A DNA stretch of 64,000 nucleotides from assembly GCA_902555945.1 (NCBI GenBank), contig CACDUS010000006.1:9505-73504 (forward strand), written 5' to 3'. This document shows positions 56,446 through 64,000 of the stretch, one piece after another. Source of the stretch: an uncultured Pelagibacteraceae bacterium. Its GTDB lineage: Bacteria > Pseudomonadota > Alphaproteobacteria > Pelagibacterales > Pelagibacteraceae. Positions within the stretch are counted from its first letter, which is position 1. The number at the start of each line of letters is the position of its first letter. A program made the position numbers and the translations under genes. The notes beneath the pieces are model-generated. The model did not search any database. It had not been told where the DNA came from and saw nothing but the letters and a program-made list of their open reading frames with translations.

Positions 56446-56883
56446 ATGAAAGAACTTTTATATCTAAAAGACGATCAATTGAAAGATTTAATCGAAAAAT
56501 TATTCATTGGCTATAGAGAAACATTTTCAGACTCAAAAAGAATTCTTGATAAATATTCGATTGGTCTAGCTCACCAAAAAGTTATTCATTTATTATCGAT
56601 GTATGAGGGTATTTCAATTTCAGAGTTACTTAAAAAACTAAAAGTTACAAAACAAAGTTTAAATAGAGTTTTAAAAGATTTAATTAAATTAGAAATTATA
56701 AACTTTCAAAAAAATGAGCAAGATACAAGGGTTAAACATATTTTTTTAAATGAAAAAGGAAAAAAAATTTTTGATGAAATTTTTGATTTACAAAAAAAAA
56801 GAATTTATAACGCTTTATTAAATTCTAGTTCTGAAGAAGTAATAAATTTTGATAAGGTTTTAAAAAAGATAATTAATGGATAA
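56446..56883 (+). CDS. MarR-family transcriptional regulator (PetP-like)
   Basis: wHTH ISELLKKLKVTKQSLNRVLKDL, D.RVK.I.L; divergent from ilvE and upstream of a response regulator. Confidence 0.88.
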   Translation: MKELLYLKDDQLKDLIEKLFIGYRETFSDSKRILDKYSIGLAHQKVIHLLSMYEGISISELLKKLKVTKQSLNRVLKDLIKLEIINFQKNEQDTRVKHIFLNEKGKKIFDEIFDLQKKRIYNALLNSSSEEVINFDKVLKKIING

Positions 56884-57553
56884 TTTTATAGCTCATATAT
56901 TGGTTGTTGATGATGATGAAGGTATCAGATTACTTGTTAAAAAATATTTAAATGAAAATAATTTTTTAGTTTCTACTGCTAAAAGTGCAGAAGATGCTTC
57001 AAAAAAAATAGAGATAATAAAATTTGATTTGATTATCTTAGATATAATGATGCCTGGTAAAAGTGGTCTTGATTTTATTCAAGAAAATAGAAAAAATTTA
57101 GAAACACCAATAATCCTTCTTACCGCCAAAGGAGAACCTAATGAAAGAATTGAAGGATTAGAAATAGGAGCAGATGATTATCTACCTAAACCATTTGAAC
57201 CAAAGGAATTAATATTAAGATTAAAAAATATATTAAATAAAACAAAAAAGATAAATCAGAAAAGAGTAATTGAATTTAGTGATATAAAGATTGACTTAAA
57301 TAAACTTATAATTTCAAAAAAAGATAGTGAATACAAAATAAATAATACAGAGAAATTGATACTGGAAAAAATGATCAACAACCCTGGAAAGACTTTTTCA
57401 AGAGAAAACATTGGTACTTTAATTAACTTAGATAAAGAAAGATCAATAGATGTCATAATAACTAGGCTGAGAAGAAAAATAGAAATAGATCCAAAAAATC
57501 CAAAATTTTTACAAACAATAAGAGGTGAAGGATATGTTCTCTGGATTGAATAA
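56876..57553 (+). CDS. OmpR-family response regulator (PetR-like)
   Basis: VVDDD, LDIMMPG, LTAK, ADDYLPKPF, RSIDV.ITRLRRKIE, TIRG.GY. Confidence 0.93.
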   Translation: MDNFIAHILVVDDDEGIRLLVKKYLNENNFLVSTAKSAEDASKKIEIIKFDLIILDIMMPGKSGLDFIQENRKNLETPIILLTAKGEPNERIEGLEIGADDYLPKPFEPKELILRLKNILNKTKKINQKRVIEFSDIKIDLNKLIISKKDSEYKINNTEKLILEKMINNPGKTFSRENIGTLINLDKERSIDVIITRLRRKIEIDPKNPKFLQTIRGEGYVLWIE

Positions 57554-58853
57554 ATTTATAAAAAATATTCTTCCAAAAAGTTTATTTTACAGAGCATTAC
57601 TAATTGTTGCTGTTCCAGTATTAGTTTTACAACTAGTTATAACAATAGTTTTTTTTGACAGTCTTTGGATCAAAACAACTAAAGGTATGACGAGGGCACT
57701 AGTAAATGAAATGAGTACATTTTTGGAAATTTATAATAATGAAAATTATGATAAAGAAGAAATAGCAAATCTTTTCTCTGTTTATCAAGATTTAAATTTT
57801 AAATTTATTGAAGATGACAATTTTCAGTTTAGTTATAATGAAAGATGGTTTAGCCCAATAGATAGGACATTAAGAAGAGAGCTCAAATCAAGATTTGATC
57901 AAAATAATTTTTGGTTTGATACTACAAACTACAAAGAATTGATCGATATTCGAATAAAATACAAAAATGGTTATTTCAAATTTTTAGTTCCACGAGATAG
58001 AGTCACAACTTCATCAGCTAGGATATTTGCACTTTGGATTACAGTGCCAGCACTAATTATGATTTTTATATCATTAATTTTTTTAAAAAATCAAACAAGA
58101 CCAATAACAAATCTTGCAAGAGCTGCTGAAAAATTTGGTAAAGGAGAACAAATTGAAGAATTCAAACCCTCTGGTGCCTCTGAGATTAGACAAGCAGGTT
58201 ACGAATTTGACAAAATGAGAAAAAGAATAGTGAGACACTTAAATCAAAGATCAGAAATGCTATCAGGAATTAGTCACGACTTAAGAACACCTTTGACAAG
58301 AATGAAATTACAAATAGCTTTTATAAAAGACCAAGAGTTATCAGATAAATTAGCAGACGACGTTAATGAAATGGAAAAAATGCTTAATGAATATCTTCAA
58401 TTTACAAAATCATCATTCCAAGAAAAAGATGAGATGTTTAATTTAACTGATCTATTGGACGATATAATAAATAAATATAACAAAAATAATATATCAAAAA
58501 ATTTAATGCCCAGAGTTTATTATAATGGTAGAAAAAATTTAATTAAAAGATGTATCAATAATTTAATTGATAATGCAATCAAATATGGAAATAAAATCAA
58601 TATAGAGCTTAATAAAAGTAATGAAAGTTTGTTCATAAAAGTTGAGGATGATGGTCCTGGAATACCAAAGGATGAATATGAAAACGTATTTAAACCATTC
58701 TATAAAGTAAATAAAGGAAGAGCAGATTCTAAATCAAGTGTTGGATTGGGATTATCTATTGCATCTGATATCATAAGATCTCATGGAGGAAATATTAAAT
58801 TAGTAAAATCCTCTATGAACGGACTAGGTGTTAAGATTTTTTTGCCCGTTTAG
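57534..58853 (+). CDS. EnvZ-like sensor histidine kinase
   Basis: Two TMs, HAMP, SHDLRTPL, NLIDNA, EDDGPGI, GLGL. Confidence 0.92.
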   Translation: MFSGLNKFIKNILPKSLFYRALLIVAVPVLVLQLVITIVFFDSLWIKTTKGMTRALVNEMSTFLEIYNNENYDKEEIANLFSVYQDLNFKFIEDDNFQFSYNERWFSPIDRTLRRELKSRFDQNNFWFDTTNYKELIDIRIKYKNGYFKFLVPRDRVTTSSARIFALWITVPALIMIFISLIFLKNQTRPITNLARAAEKFGKGEQIEEFKPSGASEIRQAGYEFDKMRKRIVRHLNQRSEMLSGISHDLRTPLTRMKLQIAFIKDQELSDKLADDVNEMEKMLNEYLQFTKSSFQEKDEMFNLTDLLDDIINKYNKNNISKNLMPRVYYNGRKNLIKRCINNLIDNAIKYGNKINIELNKSNESLFIKVEDDGPGIPKDEYENVFKPFYKVNKGRADSKSSVGLGLSIASDIIRSHGGNIKLVKSSMNGLGVKIFLPV

Positions 58854-59076
58854 TTTTATTTTTATTCTTTAACTTATTAATTCTCTCCTCCAGATTTTCT
58901 ACTCTTTTTGACAATACTTCAAATTCATCTTTACTGGTTAATTTCATCTTAAAAACTATCTCGTCTCTTTTGGATTTTAAAATATTCATTAATTCATTTG
59001 CTATATCTTTTGAAGAAATCAGACCCTGTTCAAATATTTTAGCAAGTTTATCAATTACAAACTTTGAATTTTTCAT
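58831..59076 (-). CDS. UbiK/BMFP-family accessory factor
   Basis: KMKLTSKDEFEVL...LEERI..L resembles the LVTREEF motif; divergent from lgt. Confidence 0.7.
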   Translation of the reverse strand: MKNSKFVIDKLAKIFEQGLISSKDIANELMNILKSKRDEIVFKMKLTSKDEFEVLSKRVENLEERINKLKNKNKTKRAKKS

Positions 59077-59126
59077 GTTATTTTATTCTAACTTATTATA
59101 GTTATAACTTATATTTATAATTTAAA

Positions 59127-59909
59127 ATGTTCATTAATAATATTGACCCAGTTGCAATCCAATTCTCATCTATAGAAATAAGGTGGTATTCATTGGCGTA
59201 TATAGTTGGAATTTTACTTGGTTGGATTTTGAGTAAACAAATTTTTATATCTAGTAGAGAATTAAAGTATAAATTTGACGATTATGTAACCTATTTAATA
59301 ATAGGTATAATAATTGGTGGAAGATTAGGATATGTCTTTTTTTACAACTTCACTTACTATTATAATAACTTTATTGATATTTTCAAAATTTGGCAAGGAG
59401 GGATGTCATTTCATGGAGGTCTATTAGGTGTAATTATTGTAAGTATTTGGTTCGCAAAAAAAAATAATGATAATCCTTTTATTTACTTAGATATTGTCTC
59501 TATAGTAGCTCCTATCGGAATATTTTTCGGGAGAGTTGCAAATTTTATTAATTCAGAATTATATGGATTTGAAACAAACCTTCCTTGGGCAGTAAAATTT
59601 GTTCGTGTTGATAATTTATTTAGACACCCATCACAATTATATGAAGCCTTATTTGAGGGATTAGTTTTATTTACAATTCTGCTTTATTTTAGAAAAAAAG
59701 GATTTTTAAAAACTCCAGGTTTAATTTCAGCTTTATTTTTATTTTTCTATTCAACATTTAGATTTATATTAGAATTTTACAGAGTCCCTGACGAACAAAT
59801 AGGTTATTTATTTTTTAATTTATCAATGGGACAAATAATAAGCATCGTATTTTTATTAACTGGAACTTATTTATTTATAAACAAATATGAAAAAAAAAGA
59901 GATACTTAA
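59127..59909 (+). CDS. lgt: Prolipoprotein diacylglyceryl transferase
   Basis: IRWYSL.Y, GGRLGYV, GGMSFHGG, GRVANFINSEL.G, RHPSQLYE. Confidence 0.97.
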   Translation: MFINNIDPVAIQFSSIEIRWYSLAYIVGILLGWILSKQIFISSRELKYKFDDYVTYLIIGIIIGGRLGYVFFYNFTYYYNNFIDIFKIWQGGMSFHGGLLGVIIVSIWFAKKNNDNPFIYLDIVSIVAPIGIFFGRVANFINSELYGFETNLPWAVKFVRVDNLFRHPSQLYEALFEGLVLFTILLYFRKKGFLKTPGLISALFLFFYSTFRFILEFYRVPDEQIGYLFFNLSMGQIISIVFLLTGTYLFINKYEKKRDT

Positions 59910-60933
59910 ATTATCTTTAGATAAATTTATAAATCTAAGCCTATATAACAAAAAATTTGGATACTATATGAAAAAAAACCCTTTTGGTAAAAAGGGTGAT
60001 TTTATAACTGCCCCTAATATTTCAAGACTTTTTTCTGAGATGATTGCAATTTGGATTTTAAGTTTTTGGCAGAGTTTAGGATCACCAAAAAAATTTAATT
60101 TAGTTGAGCTTGGAGCAGGTAATGGGGAGATGATGAAAATCTTTATTGAAAGTTTTAAAAATTTTCCACTTTTTTTTAAATCCTGTAATTTCATAATTCA
60201 TGAAAAAAGTCCAAAATTAGTCAAAATTCAAAAAAATAAATTAAGTAAAAGTAAAATAATTTGGATCTCTAAACTCAAAAAAATTGAAAAAATTCCAAGT
60301 ATATTTATCGCTAATGAATTTTTTGATGCAATGCCAATAAGACAGTTTGTTAAAAGAGGAAATTTATGGTTTGAAAAATATGTAAATTTACAAAATAAAA
60401 AAAAACCTTTTTTTTTTGAAAAAAAAATTAACATTAATGATATTGAAAAGAAAATTGGACTGAACATATCTAAAAATCAAAATTTTATAGAATACTCTCC
60501 AATTGGGATTGATTACTTAAAGGAATTATCAAAAGTAATAAATGAAATTTCAGGAGGCTTGTTATTGATAGATTATGGATATACAGAAAAAAAAATGAAA
60601 AATACCTTAAAAGGTATAAAAGATCACAAATTCGCCAATATCTTAAGCAATATTGGTAACGCTGATATCACTCACAATATAAGTTTTAAATTGTTTAAAG
60701 ATTTAATTAAGAATTTTAATAATCTAGATATTAATTTGACAACTCAAAAGAATTTTTTAATCAAAACTGGAATAAAAGAAAGAGCAGAAATTATATCAAG
60801 AAATTTAAGTTTTTCAAAAAAAGCTGACATTTATTACCGTATAAAAAAACTTATTGATGAAAAAGAAATGGGTAGCTTATTTAAAGTAATGTTAATTAAA
60901 AATAAAAAAAATAGATTTAACTTAGGGTTCTAA
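59887..60933 (+). CDS. NDUFAF7/MidA-like SAM-dependent methyltransferase
   Basis: GYY, GDFITAP.IS.LFSE, ELGAGNG, ANEFFDA.P, IDYG, ADIT.., MG.LFKV. Confidence 0.9.
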   Translation: MKKKEILKLSLDKFINLSLYNKKFGYYMKKNPFGKKGDFITAPNISRLFSEMIAIWILSFWQSLGSPKKFNLVELGAGNGEMMKIFIESFKNFPLFFKSCNFIIHEKSPKLVKIQKNKLSKSKIIWISKLKKIEKIPSIFIANEFFDAMPIRQFVKRGNLWFEKYVNLQNKKKPFFFEKKININDIEKKIGLNISKNQNFIEYSPIGIDYLKELSKVINEISGGLLLIDYGYTEKKMKNTLKGIKDHKFANILSNIGNADITHNISFKLFKDLIKNFNNLDINLTTQKNFLIKTGIKERAEIISRNLSFSKKADIYYRIKKLIDEKEMGSLFKVMLIKNKKNRFNLGF

Positions 60934-60934
60934 A

Positions 60935-61696
60935 TTGATTAAATCAAAAAAATTATTATCAAAAAATAAAATAAGCCATGGTTTTTTTAACAGAATTGGT
61001 GGCAAGTCAACTGGGGTCTTCAAAAGTTTAAATTGTGGCCCTGGCTCTAATGATAAAATGGAAAATGTCCAAAAAAATTTAAGAATTGTAAAAAATAAAA
61101 TAAGTAAAAAATCTAAAGATATTTTTTTAACTCATCAAATACATAGTAGCAGATTTGTTTTTATTGATAAGAATTATAAATTTAAAAAAAAAAAAATTGA
61201 AGCAGATGCAATAATTACAGATCAAAAAAAACTTCCTATTGCTGTTTTGACTGCAGATTGTGCTCCTATCCTGTTATATGATAAAAAAAAGAATATGATT
61301 GCTACTATTCATGCTGGATGGAAAGGTGCTTTCAAGGGTATAGTTGATAAGGTAATAAAATTTATGTTAAAAAAAGGATGTGAACCTAAAAATATTATAG
61401 CTGCTATAGGTCCATGTATATCTGTAGATAGCTACAATGTAAGAGAAAATTTTAAGAAAAAATTCATAAAAAAAAACAGAAACAATGAAATTTTTTTCAA
61501 AAAAAAACACAAAAAGGTTTATTTTAATTTACCAAATTTTGTAAAATTTCAGCTAAAATCAAATAATATTGATAATATTGATTTATTAAAAATAGATACT
61601 TTTAATAAAAAGAATAATTTTTTTAGTGCTAGAAGGTCTTTAAAATTAAACCATGATGATTATGGTAGAAATATTTCAATAATTATGATTAATTAA
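60935..61696 (+). CDS. pgeF: PgeF/YfiH peptidoglycan editing factor (purine nucleoside phosphorylase-like)
   Basis: SLNCG, HQIHS, ADA..T, TADCAP, HAGWKG, IGPCI, FFS.R. Confidence 0.92.
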   Translation: MIKSKKLLSKNKISHGFFNRIGGKSTGVFKSLNCGPGSNDKMENVQKNLRIVKNKISKKSKDIFLTHQIHSSRFVFIDKNYKFKKKKIEADAIITDQKKLPIAVLTADCAPILLYDKKKNMIATIHAGWKGAFKGIVDKVIKFMLKKGCEPKNIIAAIGPCISVDSYNVRENFKKKFIKKNRNNEIFFKKKHKKVYFNLPNFVKFQLKSNNIDNIDLLKIDTFNKKNNFFSARRSLKLNHDDYGRNISIIMIN

Positions 61697-61704
61697 ACTT
61701 TTCA

Positions 61705-62637
61705 ATGAAATTATTATCAGGAAATAGTAACAAAGTTTTAAGCAAAAATATTGCAAAATATTTGAAAACAAAATTAGTCAACTCAAGTATTAGAAAGTTT
61801 GCAGATGGGGAGGTGTACGTTGAGATAAATGAAAACATTAGGGGCAATAGTATTTTTATTGTTCAGTCTATTTCTTCACCTGCAAACGATAATCTTATGG
61901 AATTATTACTATGCATTGATGCACTTAAAAGATCATCAGCAAAAAATATCACAGCTGTTGTTCCTTATTTTGGTTATGCAAGACAAGATAGAAAAGTTGT
62001 TCCTAGAACCTCTATATCAGCAAAACTCGTTTCGAATTTAATTACTAAAGCAGGTGCTGATAGGGTTGTAACAGTTGATTTGCATGCCGGCCAAATCCAA
62101 GGATTTTTTGATATTCCTGTAGACAATCTCTTCGCAACACCAATATTTGCAAGACATGCAAGAAAAAAAATTAAAAGTAAAAAAATTATTTGTGTAGCTC
62201 CTGATGTGGGTGGAACTGAAAGAGCAAGAGCACTTGGAAAACTTCTGGATGTAGGTCTTGCAATAGTTGATAAAAGAAGACCAAAACCTGGTCAATCAAA
62301 AGTAATGAATGTAATTGGAGATGTAAAAGATCAAACATGTATCATTGTGGATGATATAATTGATTCAGGTGGCACAATAGTTAATGCAGCTAAAGCATTA
62401 AAAGAGAGAGGTGCAAAAGAAGTTTATGTTTACATTACTCATGGGGTTTTGAGTGGAGATGCCGTTAAAAAAATAAAAAACTCAGTAATTAAAAATTTAG
62501 TTATTACTGACACAATTAATAATGGTGAAAAAACAAAAAATGTTAAAAATATAGAAGTTTTACCTATTTCAACCCTTATGGGTGAGGCAATAAAAAGAAT
62601 ATCAAACTCAACATCTGTATCAGATTTATTCAAATAA
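61705..62637 (+). CDS. prs: Ribose-phosphate pyrophosphokinase
   Basis: [40 protein letters not shown]. Confidence 0.98.
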   Translation: MKLLSGNSNKVLSKNIAKYLKTKLVNSSIRKFADGEVYVEINENIRGNSIFIVQSISSPANDNLMELLLCIDALKRSSAKNITAVVPYFGYARQDRKVVPRTSISAKLVSNLITKAGADRVVTVDLHAGQIQGFFDIPVDNLFATPIFARHARKKIKSKKIICVAPDVGGTERARALGKLLDVGLAIVDKRRPKPGQSKVMNVIGDVKDQTCIIVDDIIDSGGTIVNAAKALKERGAKEVYVYITHGVLSGDAVKKIKNSVIKNLVITDTINNGEKTKNVKNIEVLPISTLMGEAIKRISNSTSVSDLFK

Positions 62638-62679
62638 TTTCTTGATTATTTGAAAACATGGGTTAAAAAACTCCTTCTT

Positions 62680-63417
62680 ATGAATTCATTAGACGCCAAT
62701 ATAAGAGAAAACACTACCAAGGGTCAATTAAGTACTCTTAGAAATAAGGGTAATGTTCCTGCTATAATATATGGTGGAAAAGATCAGAACCAAAAGGTAT
62801 CCATATCAAAAAAATCTTTAAAAACATTAATTGAAAAAGAAAATTTTTTATCAAATATAATTACTTTGAATGTAGATGGTAAAACACAAAATGTTTTACC
62901 TAGAGAAGTCAAATATCATATCTTGAGTGATGAACCTACTCATGTAGATTTTTTAAGAGTATTACCAGGAGTTAGTATAAAAATTGAGGTTCCAGTAAAT
63001 TTTATTAATCACGACAAGTCCCCTGGATTAAAAAGAGGTGGTGTTTTAAATATAGTTAGAAGAAAAGTTGAATTAAAATGTCCTAGTGAAAAAATTCCTG
63101 AAAATTTAACTCTTGATCTTGATGGTATTGATATAGGAGAAAGTTTCAAAATTTCATCAGTAAAATTAGACTCTGATGTAGTTCCGACTATCCAGGGAAG
63201 AGACTTTGTAATTGCAACTTTAGCGGCACCAACTGTAATGAAAGAACCAGAAAAACCTGCCGAAGCTGAGGCAGCTGAAGGTGCAGAAGGAGCTGAAGGT
63301 GCAGAAGTTGCTGCTGCTGACGGGGATAAACCAGCAACAGACGCAGCTAAAGGTGAGAAAAAAGAGGGTGATGACAAAAAGGCAACAGATAAAAAAACAC
63401 CTGAAGAAAAAAAATAA
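62680..63417 (+). CDS. rplY: 50S ribosomal protein L25/Ctc (long form)
   Basis: LRNKG.VPAIIYG, HVDF, SPGLKRGGVL, P.KIP..L..D; ATG at 62680 chosen. Confidence 0.95.
   Translation: MNSLDANIRENTTKGQLSTLRNKGNVPAIIYGGKDQNQKVSISKKSLKTLIEKENFLSNIITLNVDGKTQNVLPREVKYHILSDEPTHVDFLRVLPGVSIKIEVPVNFINHDKSPGLKRGGVLNIVRRKVELKCPSEKIPENLTLDLDGIDIGESFKISSVKLDSDVVPTIQGRDFVIATLAAPTVMKEPEKPAEAEAAEGAEGAEGAEVAAADGDKPATDAAKGEKKEGDDKKATDKKTPEEKK
63273..63307 (+). repeat. Two tandem copies of a 17-bp unit (period 18) in the rplY tail
   Basis: AGCTGAAGGTGCAGAAG at 63273-63289 and 63291-63307, encoding AEGAEG repeats. Confidence 0.85.
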
Positions 63418-63451
63418 TTAATCAAAATTGAAAATTTAATCTCCTTTATTT

Positions 63452-64000
63452 ATGCTTTTATTTGTAGGATTAGGTAATCCAACACCAGATAGTGAAAATA
63501 ATAGACATAATGTTGGATTTAAAATAATTGATACAATTAATAAAAAATTTAACCTCTCAAAACAAAAACCAAAATTTAAAGGTCTTTTAACAACAGGAAA
63601 TATTGGAGACAAAAAAATCTACGCAATAAAACCTTTAACATTTATGAACAACTCCGGAATTTGTATTAGAGAATTAATTGAATATTTTAAAATTGATGCT
63701 GAAGATGTAATTGTTTTTCATGATGATCTAGATGTAGAGTTTGGAAGGATAAAAGCAAAATTTGGAGGATCTGATGCTGGTCATAACGGAATAGCTTCTA
63801 TTGATAAATTTATTGGCAAAGATTATTCAAGAGTGAGAATAGGAATAGGTAAACCGAAAAACAACATTGAAATAGCAGATTATGTATTACAAAATTTTGA
63901 TGAAGAAGAATCTATTGGTATAGAAAAAATTTCAAATAACATTACTGAGTCAATTTCGATACTTGTTGAAAAAAAATTAGATTTATTTTCTAGCACCGTG
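63452..64000 (+). CDS. pth: Peptidyl-tRNA hydrolase, 3'-truncated by the window edge
   Basis: Not in the ORF track. Manual translation gives MLLFVGLGNP...RHNVGF...KPLTFMNNSG...HDDLD...GHNG. Confidence 0.95.
   Translation, partial: MLLFVGLGNPTPDSENNRHNVGFKIIDTINKKFNLSKQKPKFKGLLTTGNIGDKKIYAIKPLTFMNNSGICIRELIEYFKIDAEDVIVFHDDLDVEFGRIKAKFGGSDAGHNGIASIDKFIGKDYSRVRIGIGKPKNNIEIADYVLQNFDEEESIGIEKISNNITESISILVEKKLDLFSSTV

Noticed and set aside
63009-63425. 138-aa minus-strand ORF rich in Ala/Ser/Pro
   Set aside because: Antisense shadow of the repetitive rplY tail.

Overview
Very AT-rich, tightly packed alphaproteobacterial core-genome segment. Gene content, gene order and protein style point to SAR11/Pelagibacterales (inference). 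It carries nadA-nadC, fumC, uvrD, ligA, bamD, lpxC, a complete but remodelled dcw cluster, rnpB, an amidase, mlaA-mlaC, rpoD-dnaG-yqeY, carAB, trxB, aatA, uvrB-SDR-folB-uvrC-pgsA, ilvE / MarR-OmpR-EnvZ-like genes, lgt-NDUFAF7-like-pgeF-prs-rplY-pth and three tRNAs (Leu-GAG, Ile2-CAT, Val-GAC). There are two accessory regions: a class III aminotransferase running off the left edge next to the tRNA-Leu 3' end, and a four-gene glycosylation cassette between tRNA-Ile2 and tRNA-Val. The most notable observations are: (1) a 233-aa protein in the ftsA position that keeps a 1C-like region and the membrane-targeting helix but seems to lack the ATPase motif and lobe 2, while ftsZ has moved behind mraZ and murE-murF are fused; (2) a GacI/GacJ- or PpgS/Rv3632-like polyprenol-phosphate-sugar module in the tRNA-bounded cassette; (3) a tRNA-Val with apparently compensated non-canonical D/T-loop tertiary residues; (4) a clear MraZ operator overlapping a sigma70 promoter. 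No CRISPR array, integrase or transposase was seen. All family assignments come from motif recognition by eye, not database searches.
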